Assembly: GCA_964016885.1 (NCBI GenBank)
Contig: OZ024747.1
Coordinates: forward strand, 434,001 to 498,000
Origin: Eledone cirrhosa
Lineage: Eukaryota
DNA: 64,000 bases
Reading direction: 5' to 3'
A program made the position numbers and the translations under genes. Of the stretch, positions 52,720 to 64,000 are shown in pieces (position 1 is the stretch's first letter; each line of letters starts with the position of its first letter). The notes below the pieces were generated by a model, which was given only the letters and a program-made list of their open reading frames with translations, was not told where the DNA came from and ran no database searches.

Positions 52720-53056
52720 ATTGACTGATGAATTGGTAGAGCATCAGCCAACATGCTTTCCAGCATAGAGTTATGGCTCTTTACATTCTGAGTAAAAATC
52801 CTTCTAGGGTTAGCTTTGCTTTTCATCCTCTATGGTCAATAAAATAAAGTACCAATAATGCACTGCACTTGATTTAATCAAAATTTCGCTCCAATCCAAT
52901 TTTTTGTCTTGTGCTTAAATCAGAAACCATTAAAATTATCAGTTCAAATTCCACCGAGGTTAACTTTGCCTTTCATCCTTACGGGGTCGATAAAATAAAG
53001 TACCAGTAATGCACTGGGTAATTGCTGGCCTTATGCCAAAAAGTAGAAACAATTAA
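52720..53056 (+). mobile_element. Two adjacent SINE family A copies (second is 5'-truncated)
   Basis: Body motif present twice. Confidence 0.8.
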
Positions 53057-54104
53057 TATTATCAGGAATTGATCTCATAACCTCACAATTGTAAATCCAA
53101 TGCTCTAACCACTAAGCCAAAACCTCATAACTGCACTGAAACTGTTCATGTAAAGAAGTCAGCCTTACAACATGGAGTAAAAAATTCCAGCACTGTAACA
53201 TGACATTATTATGTATACTGATTACACATCCTGCAAGATCCTCTGCATTCTAGACTGCATTTAATCCATCTGGTCATTTACCAACTTGTGGAATCTTTCT
53301 TTCCTCCATGATGATGGTTCTATAAGCATTACTTTACACTACATACACAAGGAAATTATCCTGCAAACCCATTCCTGTGCATCTAACCAGGTTCTTCATC
53401 ATGCACATATATCAAGTACAAAAGTAGCTGTGGTTGTTTCAAATAAGTTCTGAAAAATGTCCCTTCCATTGCCCTCAAACAATGTCCCCCCAGAGCTAGT
53501 CCTGATCCTCACAAAGTTCTTTAATTTCTTTCTCTTTACATATGTGTATCCTGATTTTAGAGACAAGTGTATCCCATCCCCAAAAAGGGTTACTTTTCCG
53601 ACCCTGCCAACTATTGTTCTATCACACTAACTAGCAACAAGGAGGGTGGAGAGACCCCTTAAGCAACAATCTTCCCTATCACCTTGAATTACCTTGAATG
53701 GCTTTTCATAAAGTCAGATCTTCTAGAGAACTCCTCTCCTATATCTCTCAACACTGGCTCCTGTTAAGACTATTTCAATTATCTTATGAGTTTTTACTGT
53801 AGGTGTACCTAAAATTTTTAAATTATAAAACTTTATAAGAAAAAATATACCAATGTAAATGCATTTTTATATTTTGGAAGTGTCCATATGTTTCATTTGT
53901 TGTCAGAAATTCACCAGAGAACATATTTATGTTTACAGTTGAGGAGGGTCATGTTGCCAATAAACATATGCACTATTCTATTTTCACTTCAAATTTATTA
54001 TTAGTTAGTTTGTCAAAGACCTTTCACCACACATTGAGTGACCTCCTCAACAACATTTGTTCTTCTCTGTGTCTTATGTTGATTATTTTCACCTTTTTTT
54101 TCAG

Positions 54105-54215
54105 GTCCTTGAAGATTATCTTCATACTAGACTATTTCCCCCATCACTTCTCTCTGATCAGAAATTATGGTCAAAACCAATTGAGGAAGATGATGCTGAA
54201 GACGGTGGCCAGTAG
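54105..54215 (+). CDS. Terminal coding exon of the same gene (VLEDYLHTRLFPPSLLSDQKLWSKPIEEDDAEDGGQ*)
   Basis: cttttttttcag acceptor, 36 codons then TAG; AATAAA candidates downstream (e.g. 54541). Confidence 0.82.
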   Translation, partial: VLEDYLHTRLFPPSLLSDQKLWSKPIEEDDAEDGGQ

Positions 54216-54689
54216 AACTGGCAGAATAAAAAACCAAAAAGAAAATGTTAGAATGGGTGGGATGAGAGGGATCAAGGAGGATCATTGTTTTTGTTTTATT
54301 TTTCTTCCACTCATTCCTTTTCTCCTTCACTTCCTTTTCTTCTTTTTCCCCATTTTTTTTAAATGAAGCAAAAACTGTATCAAGAACAAAAACAGAAAAA
54401 CGTAATTAATAAAACAAAAAAAAAGCAAGAAATGCAACAAAAAGTATTAAAAGTTCCCCTTCCCCAATATGTTCTTTCCTATTAACTTAACCCTCCCCCT
54501 CTACACCCAATCCTCCACCCCACAAAAAAGAAAACAAAAAAATAAACACTTGCACTGACAATGCCAGTTCAAATATTGCAAAATGTAGCCAATATTGCTT
54601 CTCAACCAAAGTCAGCATCAGTATGGTTAATATATATATAGAGAGAGAGACAAATCGCTCATATATATGTCACTCATACATATTATATA

Positions 54690-54733
<44 letters not shown>

Positions 54734-54812
54734 GCAATATATTGCTCATTTATATGTATACATATATATAGATATACACATTGCTCATATATATGTGTGT
54801 ATATATATATGC

Positions 54813-54847
<35 letters not shown>

Positions 54848-54850
54848 TTG

Positions 54851-54886
<36 letters not shown>

Positions 54887-55202
54887 AATTCAACTTTCGA
54901 GATATCCTATAACTAATTAAAAAGAAAATATATGAGAAAGTGCAACATTAACGAAAGACATTTTTAAAGTCATTAATTATACATTTTAATGTTAAATCTC
55001 TTGTTTTTTTATTTTATATGTATTTATTTATTCTTCATCAAAAATACTCTTTTAAAACATTGCTCTGCTTGCTTGGAGTTCTGGATCATGTTGCTCTTGT
55101 TGTTGTTGTATAGACCCCTCCCCCCAAGTGAGCCCTGATAAAGCAGACTAACGATCAAGTACAGCATTCTATGTTTACTATTCAGGTAGTTTATATCTAG
55201 GG

Positions 55203-55392
55203 GCATAGAGTTACGTCTCTTTATGTTCTGAGTTCAAATCCCACTGAGGTTAACTTTGCCTTTCATCCTTACAGGGTTGATAAAAAAAGTACCAGTAATG
55301 CACAGGGGTTGATTTAATTGCCCCCCCCCCCCCCCCCCCACGCACACACACATACAAAAATTGTTGGCCATGTGCCTAAATCAAAAACCATT
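55203..55392 (+). mobile_element. SINE family A, 5'-truncated
   Basis: B box + body motif. Confidence 0.8.
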
Positions 55393-55667
55393 GTATTTGA
55401 TCCTTATAAATTATTTTATTGCAAAAGAGAAGAAAATGTTTCAAAGCATGCTCAATACTTTTGTTACCTCTAATGAAGCACTGTCCAAGATTTCAATTAA
55501 TTTTGAAAATAATCACTAATTTCAAGGGATTTAATGATATAATTAACCTTCTCATTATCATGTTGGTGTTTGGAACACACCTTTAAATACTTTCCTAAAT
55601 TTATGAAGCAAGAGTTTTAGATAAATATAAACACTTTTTTCAGGTGATTTGGTATCATAAGGCTTAA

Positions 55668-55872
55668 CCCTTTAATGTTCAAACCGGCCAGAATTCTCTA
55701 CCTCTTTCTGTTGAAACTGGCTGTAACTGGTCGCTCAAACTGATGTTAAGGTATTGTTCTCAAAATAAATACTTTAAAAATCTCATAGATTCGATATTAT
55801 GTGAGATATTTATGTGAGGTAAAGCCTTTACCATGAAAATATAATAGTATATATAATGTGAATGCTAAAGGG
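55668..55872. mobile_element. piggyBac-type MITE, same family
   Basis: TTAA-CCCTTTA…TAAAGGG-TTAA; internal similarity to 23922-24142. Confidence 0.75.
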
Positions 55873-55914
55873 TTAAGCAATTACCAAAAGGTGACCTAAT
55901 TATCACAGGTCATA

Positions 55915-56680
55915 GCTATCATTCTTAATTTGGACACACTGAAAGGTATGTTGTGTCAAATTGTGGAGACACTAGAGTGAAGATGTATAGATGTGGGGTG
56001 TGTTCCAGAGGTGAGATATAGGAGATCATCAGCCAGACTCCTCACAGGTAAACAGTATAGATAGCAGCTTTTCTTTATAGGTAATGATGATGGAATAGGT
56101 GAAGTAGGCATTTTACTAGTTGAGAAGTGGATAGATAAGGTAATTAGTTAAGTGTGTTTATTCCCGGATAAGAGATTGAGAGTACAAGACTTTCCCTGGA
56201 CAAGATGTCGGTCTATCATAGGATTAACTCCCCCGCTACTGCTGGTATTCGCTTCCAATTAAGTATACTGAAGCAATGTGAAATAAAGTGTGTCCAGGAA
56301 TCGAACCAACAACATTACAATGCTACGTCAAGTATCCTAACCATTAGGCCATGTGGCTTCACTAAGGTATCTGAGGTAGGTAGATTAAGTAACTGAATTA
56401 ATAAGTTCAGAATAGTCATAGGTAAAAAAACAGTTATCTCTACTGATGCACCACAGTCTGGATTGAACAAAGAATTAAAAAAACCTCTATTGAGATGACA
56501 ACAATTACATTATTGTGGCTAGGTTGGTTCAATGTTGGGTAGCACTGGAATGGCTCATTGGTGTATATAGCTCCAGAAATAAAGGATTAAGGCTCCATGG
56601 ACAGCACAAGGATGGCTACATTGGGATGTATAGGGTCTATGGATATTGCTCAAGAAATGAGGAGGGATCAAGGCTCCTAC
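55915..56680 (+). mobile_element. Degraded RTE APE-domain fragment interrupted by a SINE-like piece (~56160-56360)
   Basis: Remnants of GNDDG.G.VGILL.EKWIDKV, APQSGL and RNEEGSRLL. Confidence 0.7.
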
Positions 56681-57039
56681 AGTTAAAACAGATGCTGCTA
56701 CTGTCAATCAACTCAGTATCATTACAAATGCTGCTTAACTCTTATTTCTTCCTCCCTCTTCACTCTGACTCACTGCATTATTCGGTGAACATTATTATAG
56801 TTTCAAAAGAATCCATATTTTGTTTTTGTATTTTAAACAAAAAAGGGTCAACTATTTTCAAAGAATACTTTGAAGCTCTAAACAGCCCCAGGGGTGTGTC
56901 ATTCTAAGACAAAGTTAATCTTGGCAGGATTTGAACTCAATGTAGAAAGGCAGGAAAAAATGCTGTAAAGCATTCTGTATGATGCTCTGCCAATACTGCT
57001 AATCCATCACCCATAATAATAGTAATAGTAATAATAATG

Positions 57040-57250
57040 GAATGATAAAAAAGCATGCAGATAGATACATAACCAAAACTCCAGGACTCAAATATATACA
57101 ACATACAAAAATAACACTACTAGGCACCACACACATATTACAAAGAGTACTCTCAATACAATAGAACAAACACCACCAAAAACCACATTTCACATACCCA
57201 AGGTGCACAGAGCTATGCTCTGTGATGCAGTGATAATAATAATGATGATG
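57040..57250 (+). mobile_element. Short 3' end of a second R4/Dong-like family
   Basis: QKITLLGTTHILQRVLSIQ* then a short UTR and (TAA)n. Confidence 0.6.
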
Positions 57251-57274
57251 CAAAATAATAATAATTATAATGTA

Positions 57275-59510
57275 TAGCCAAAGCCATAGAAAAAAATGAA
57301 GTAGAAGAGATAACCAAACATCTCTGTATCCCTAAATGTTTCAGGTAAATCGAAATCAATACCAGACTAGAAAGGGATAGGACCTGATGGGGTTCATGGG
57401 TTATGGATCAAATTATTTAGGGTTCTTCGTGGGTTCTTAATCAGAACTCTTTATAATTGCCTAACATCAGGTGAGATTCTGGACTAGAAAATTGAGGGTT
57501 GAATGATTTTAATGCTGACGGATCCTAAAAAGGAACCGAGGCTGGAAACTACAGGCCTATTGTCTACAATTTAATATGGAAGCTGCTGACAGAGATATAT
57601 GAACATTTAGATCCCAATGGATTCTTGCCACATAAACAGAAGGGTTGTAGAAGAAACTGTCAAGGTACCATGGATCAAAAACCATTGACATGTGTATTAT
57701 GTAGAACTGTAGGAAAAAGAAAACAAATATCATCAAAGTTTGTATCAGAAAAACTTTTTGTATGGTCTCACATTCTTACATCATAGCAACCATGAAAATG
57801 GTAAGATTGGCAGCAAATGAAAGCTTAGTGGTTAGAGAATTGGATTCACAATCATGAGGCTGGGAGTTCGATTCCCAGACCAGGTGATGCGTTATGTCCT
57901 TGAAGAAGACATTTTATTTCACGTTGTTTTTTATGTCAGGAGTCATGACCAGAAGATAGTAATAGCAATTGGAAAGTCTAATGGAAACATTGTTTCCTTG
58001 ATCCAATTTGATGAGATCCACCCCACTTAGTAAGCAAATGAGGTCTGGGATCTTGTCAGTCAATTCAATTATAGTTACACTGATATCAAATAGCTTGAAC
58101 AAATGGAACAGAAAGTTGTATGAAAGATTTTTTGGCTTAGTTAATATTAACTGAAGGATGTTTCTCCTTTGTTGGTTGTTATGGCACTGATTCCTTTCAC
58201 ACTTGCATTGGAAGAAACTAGAAGAGGATACCACTGAGAAAATAATGGTCTGAGGATGAGTCATTTGTCTTTTTCATTTGAAAAGTTACAACCAGGTTAA
58301 CTTTAGTTGAAGACAGTATGGCAATGCTGTGGATATTTCAATATATTTCAATATCTCTGAGGAGAGAGAAAAGAATGTCTTGAGAAAGGATTAAACTATG
58401 AATTGGTGAAGAAATAGAACCTAATTTATAAGAATATAAATATGTTGGTGTGATTGAACTAGACATAATTTTTAGCAAGGAAATTAAAAAGAAGTTCAAG
58501 GACATATATTTTAGAAAGGTACGGTTATTACTGAATGAAAGGAGCTTGTTTTTAGCTTTAAATTCATGGGAAGTATCTGTTGTAAGATATAGTAAAGTGA
58601 ACTTAGAATTGACAAAGGAGGGAACATGAGAAATAGACAGAGAAACAAGAAAGCTTTTGATATAGGGGAAGAACACTCCACTCTAAATCAAATGTATATG
58701 AGAATAAAAAAAATGAAGGGTGGGGTTTGATTGGGGTTTTAGAATGCTGAGCAAGCAGTGAAGAAACTCTTTTGAAAGCTTCATAAACTAATGAGTCTTA
58801 GAACAGGCTGAGTAAGGGGAACTTGAAAAGAGGGACAGAAAGCCTTATGATGCTCAAGAACAAGCTTTGAAAACAAATTTGAACAAATGAGATATTCATA
58901 GAATGGAATTCTCTAACAGGTGTAGCTTGTGTGGAAAGGGTGTTGAGAATGTAGTATGTTGGCCCTGAAAGAGTATAAAAAGAGGCATGAAAAAGAAGTG
59001 TGGCATAGAAACTACTGACAGATGGTATTAGCATGAACCAGTAGCAGTTAAGGAAAACATAAATGCCAAAATATTGTGGGATGTGTGCATACAAGTTGAC
59101 AGAGAAATTAGAGATGGAACGCCTGAGGCAGACTTGTGGTTTATAATAGAACAAGTGCTATGTTATTGATGTGGCATGCCCAGTTGATAACAATTAGAAA
59201 CTAAAACTAATTGAAAAGCTAAACAATTTTGTTAAGTTGAGTAGGAAGGCTTAGTTGGATGACAGTTGGGGTACTTGGCACTGTGAGCACCAGAATTGAA
59301 AGCTATTTTTAGAAAATCAGGGGGCCAACATCAGAGTGAAGTCCCTACAGAACACAATATTCCTTGGAACTGCCAGGATACTCAGAAAAGTGCTTGACAG
59401 TTGAAAGTGTCACCTCAGTCCACTGGTTGGGGACAGCTGGCACCAGACATCACCAGCAACATTTGAACTCAGATCGTAAACACTATATCTGACAAATAAT
59501 AATAATATTA
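57275..59510 (+). mobile_element. Degraded R4/Dong-like non-LTR retrotransposon (RT + restriction-like endonuclease)
   Basis: Remnants of GPDGVHG.W, NYRPI, QKGCR, ILWDVCIQVDREI, CYVIDVACP, LQNTIFLGTARILRKVL; (TAA)n at both ends; interrupted by a SINE head at ~57820-57925. Confidence 0.75.
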
Positions 59511-59876
59511 ATACCACTCTTTGAAGTACTACGTTGATGTTTGGTGGGGTATAACCCTATTTCATGGGTGGAGGGCCCTTTAGCCTTGGTCAGCAACCTT
59601 CCTAGAGATGGTGCCTTGGAAAAAAAATGGAGTTTGTGAAAACATTACTTTTTTGCTTTATTGCCATGGCACCTCCACGACCACTTTGCAGTGAGAGGGG
59701 GTGGGGTATATTGTCTATATGCTTCAGCTTTGGCTTGTACCCGTGAGAAGAGCACCAATACTAATACCTAATTTTTGCTGGACTGGCAATCGCTCTGTAT
59801 AATCAGCTCCTGATTATTACTGGAATTCTATAAGAATCCAGCTTCTATCATTTTCGGCGGAAGAGGGCAGTACGTA

Positions 59877-59916
59877 GCTCTGATGAACGCCAACCAGCGT
59901 GAAACAGACAGTCAGC
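59877..59916 (+). ncRNA. Type I hammerhead ribozyme with canonical core, in a diverged copy (59749-60005) of the 320-bp family
   Basis: gct CTGATGA acgc caacca gcgt GAAA cagacag TC agc; distal stem ttttcggc/gccgaaaa. Confidence 0.75.
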
Positions 59917-60027
59917 CACTCTCCCTTCTTTTGCCGAAAATAAGTAAGTGACATAATCACTACTTTAAAACTGATAGCGAATGGTCTTCTAAATGTTTTT
60001 AATTATATATATATATATATGATGATA

Positions 60028-60364
60028 TCATCATCATCATCATTTTACGTCCACTTTTCCCTGCTTGCAAGGGTGGGATGGGAACTGATTCTGGCTTGAT
60101 TTCTACAGCTGGATGCCCTTCCTAACACCAACCTCATTTACAGTGAGTGCTGGGTGGTTTTTGTCGTGGCACCTACACGACCACTTTGCAGTGGAATGAT
60201 AGGGACCCCAGTCCCTATCATCTCATTTCTACAGCTGAGTAAACTGGAGCAATGTGAAATAAAGTGTCTTGCTCAAGGAAACAACACATCACCCGGTCTG
60301 AGAATTGAACTCTCAACCTTTCGATTGCAAGGTCAATGCTCTAACCACTAAGCCATGTGGCTCC
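60028..60364 (-). mobile_element. SINE family B
   Basis: Near-identical to 759-1102. Confidence 0.88.
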
Positions 60365-60472
60365 ATATACATATGTATTTGTTTGTTCGAGCGTATCACA
60401 TTTTCCTTATTCTATATATATGTAATATCCTATGTATATATATATGTAATATTCTATGTATATATATCATTA

Positions 60473-62185
60473 TGGTGTCTACTGTTTCTACAGAGCCCTC
60501 CCAGAGTTTGGTGGTGTTTGTTTCCTGTGGCCATTTGCTGCTTGCTGTTCTGGTGCAGCTTCTACATGTAAAGACTACATTCTTACTAAGCTTCCTAAGA
60601 TCCCACTACATCTCTTGTATACCCATAGTTTGCGTTTGGGGCAGAGCATGGAATTCCTACCTACATACTGAACAAGGCGATTTCCCTGAGGGGATCTGGC
60701 TGTTTTCTTGTCTACTTACAAGGACCTTAGTCTTTTCAGGTTGACTTTGAGACCCTTTCTTTCTAGTCCCTGCTTCCATGTTTGGAATTTCTTCTCTAGT
60801 TCCACCATAGATTCAGCTATAAGTGTGAGATCATCCGCATACAGGAGTTCCCATGGGCATCCGGTTTTAAACTCCTCTGTTATTGCCAGCAATATTATAA
60901 TGAACAGGAGAGAGCTAAGAACAGAGCCCTGATGGACACTGACCTGTATGCTAAATTCCTCGCTATAGTCATTGTTAACCCTAACTTTGCTGACTGCTCC
61001 CCTATACATGACTTGTCTAGCCTTCACAAACCATTCATCTACTCCTAGTTTTCTAAGTGCCCAGTAGATTATAGCACGGGGCACTTTGTCGAAGGCTTTT
61101 TCCAGATCAACAAATGCCAGATAGAGTGGTTTACTTTTAGCTAGGTACTTTTCCTGTAACTGCCTCACAAGGAAGAGAGCATCAGTGGTGCTTTTTACTG
61201 GCACAAACCCAAACTGCATCTCATCTAGTTTTACCCGGTCCCTAATCAACTGTGCTATAACTCTTTCCGTTACTTTCATGACCTGGTCTATCAGTTTTAT
61301 ACCTCTATAGTTTCCTCTATCTAGTGCATCACCTTTACCCTTGTAGCAGTTGACAATGATGCTGCTGCACCAATCCTTTGGTATGACACCCTCTAGTATT
61401 ACCTGGTTAACAATACGTGTGGTTATGGTGTGACCTACCGACCCAGATGCTTTCAGCATCTCAGCAGCTATACCTGATGGTCCGGTTGCCTTCCCAGTCT
61501 TCATATCTTTAATTGCCTTACTTACTACGCTGCTGCTGACTTGTACTGCTGGCCCCTCTATAGAGTCCATTTGGGGTAGGGTCTCTTTTTCCCCATGTAT
61601 CTCCTCATTTAGTAATCTTTCATTATGGCTCTTCCACGTATCTTTCTTCTCAGTACTTGTGAGGGCAAGCTCACCTTTATCATTCGGGACGCACTTCTCT
61701 CCAATGACATCACAAATTTCTCTAACACACTGCCTCACAATCCTGAACACATCCTGTTTCTGGTCCTCAGGCTGCAAAATATGCTTGAATTTTCTATCCT
61801 CTGCTTCCCGTCTAGCTAAGTATACTTGTCACCTAGCTTCCCTCCTGGTCTCTATGTAATATTCTCTGCTTCCCCCCGTTCTTCCATTCTTCCCATGCCG
61901 GTCTCTTAGCCTCCGCCACAGATCTCGTCCGTCGCCTTCAATAAGTTATTTTTTAGGAACTCTCAGTGCTCTTCTACATTGAATGTCTCTATCTGTTGTT
62001 CTTTACTGTCATAGGTATCGAGTAAGATATCTTTAAATCTGTTACTGGCTGAGGGGTCTTTCAGTTTCCAAATCTTTCTTCTCCAGGTTGCTTTCTGTTT
62101 CCAAGTTCGTCTAGTTCTGACCGTGAGGTCGCTGACAACTAAGTTATGTTGGGAGGTACATTCCTCACTACGGAAGGCATTTGTG
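60473..62185 (-). mobile_element. Internal RTE fragment (end of APE to RT)
   Basis: ORF 61777-60716 has NYRGIKL, QFGF, DLEKAFD, YADD; truncated at both ends by TA-rich sequence. Confidence 0.93.
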
Positions 62186-62285
62186 TAATATTCTATGTCT
62201 ATATATATATGTAATATTCTACATATATGTATATATATATATATATATGTAATATTCTACATATATGTATATGTATATATGTATT

Positions 62286-62319
<34 letters not shown>

Positions 62320-62345
62320 ATATTCTATGTATATACATATGCAAG

Positions 62346-62463
62346 GAAAATCTACAAGATGACATTATGATGTCAAATTCTGTACAAGTCGTGTGTCTTC
62401 CAGAATACTCTGCAGCAAAAAACAAAGATTGTTATGTAACTGGTTGGGGTGACAATGAACGGA
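62346..62463 (+). pseudogene. Trypsin-like (S1) serine protease exon remnant (…IMMSNSVQVVCLPEYSAAKNKDCYVTGWGDNER)
   Basis: VCLP…CYVTGWG is the S1 signature; gtaaga donor; the 5' side runs into a TA microsatellite/RTE with no good acceptor and no DIAL motif. Confidence 0.7.
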
Positions 62464-63773
62464 GTAAGAGAAAATATATCTATTTAAATTGTGTTGTTTT
62501 TATTGTGTTGTGTTTTACACCTAGAAAGTTCCCCTTTGAGGCACAAGTCTGCGCAAGGTTGTGTGTGCAACACTAGCAATCACGAATGTTGTCCAAGGTA
62601 AAGGAAATGGCTGACACTGCTTGGCACCAGTGACATTGTAACTCATTTCTACAGCTAGGTGAACTATAGCAATGTGAAATATAATGTTTTGCTCAAGAAC
62701 ACAACGCACCACCCAATCCAAGATTCAAACTCACAACCTTACAATTACGCACATGCACACGTGCGTGTGTGTAGACAGAGAGAGAGAAAGTAGAATCAAA
62801 CGTTTGTCATAGTGCTGGTATCACAATAAAATACACCCAGTATATTCTGTAAAATAGTTTGATAAACAAGGGCATTCAGTCCTAGAAACGATGCTAAGAT
62901 ATGTTCATCTGGTCTGTCTAATCTCAGATCATGACAATTCGGCCAACCCATGCCAGCATGGAAAATGGATGTGAAACTATGTTGTTGATAATAACCTTGT
63001 GTCAATAAATGAAATGTTGGTTATGGATGGGATGTCACAGTTGAGGAAAGAAGCATAAGCATTGATTTCAGCTGTAACTGTATAAATTTAAGAAAATAAA
63101 ATTGATTATGCCAAGAATTTCTTGATTAAAAGAATTGTTTCCTACTTAAGACAATCCATTAATTGTAGTCTACAAACTAAATAGTTAATAGCTGTTTCTG
63201 AAGTGTTGTCGTTATTTCTTTAAATTTATACCCAAAACAATATTGATTTAATAAATAGAATACTATGACAACTGATTGGTACTGTTGGGCTGCAATGTGG
63301 TTTCTAAACTAGGAAATATACACACACATGGAAACACATGCACACAGTAGATGCACAGATGTAAGCACTAACAGCACACATGAAATTAATGTGCAATCTT
63401 AAATGTTGCATAACAGTGAGACATGGTCTTTGATGGAAGAAGATCTGTGAAGGCTAGAAGGAAATGAGGAGTATGTTCTGGTGGATATGTTGCATGAATG
63501 ACGTGGCATAAGCAAGCTGAGAGAAAAATTCTGTGTAAGAGTAATCTGGTTAAGTATGCAAATACAACCGTCTAACCCATGCTAGCATGGATAATAGACA
63601 TTAAATGATGATGATGATGAATCAAAATATGAAAATAGAATTTATTTTGTAGCATTTAAATTTTATAGAATCATTTTTCTGTAAAGTTTCTTTCTGTTGA
63701 AAAATTAAAATCAAATTTAAAATGTCATGGTAATTCTTATTTATTTAGTTGATTTTCTCCACTGTTTAAACAG

Positions 63774-63859
63774 ATAAATATCCAAAGACTTTGCTAGAAA
63801 GAGCATACTGCAGGATTTATTATCCATATCATAATAAAGATAAACAGCCAGCTTGCTCT
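63774..63859 (+). pseudogene. Next S1 protease exon, apparently internally deleted ([N]KYPKTLLERAYCRIYYPYHNKDKQPACS)
   Basis: aaacag acceptor in phase with the previous donor; gtaaat donor right after ACS, where S1 genes often have an intron before GDSGGP; much shorter than the normal segment. Confidence 0.5.
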
Positions 63860-64000
63860 GTAAATATAAACTATTCCCTCGTACAGCTTATATTAATGAA
63901 GTGGATCAATAATTTCTGACTCTGTTAAAAGACTTCTTGTAATGGACAAAATGAAAAATCGTTGTTCTTGTTATGTAGCAGACTAGTATCTAATAAGGAG

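Overview
AT-rich animal genomic DNA, full of (TA)n/(CA)n microsatellites. The SINE/RTE repertoire suggests a coleoid cephalopod such as Octopus (inference only). One spliced + strand gene runs through it: seven GT-AG exons (20156-54215) that join in frame into the C-terminal ~250 aa of an NAD-dependent epimerase/dehydratase (extended SDR)-like protein. Near the right end are decayed exons of a trypsin-like serine protease. The rest is mostly mobile DNA: many RTE-clade LINEs (one near full length, with only two in-frame TGA stops), Penelope-like elements (PLEs), a degraded R4/Dong-like LINE, two tRNA-derived SINE families, a non-autonomous Helitron with its empty site in the window, TTAA MITEs and a Tc1/mariner relic. 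The most interesting signal is a set of about six unrelated non-coding repeat families. Each carries a minimal type I hammerhead ribozyme (HHR), and several are arranged as tandem 320-522 bp monomers plus an inverted copy inside (TA)n tracts, like retrozymes or PLE pseudo-LTRs. One family has a compensatory U3-A8 catalytic core, and its stems covary across copies. All structures were folded by eye; nothing was computed or database-searched.
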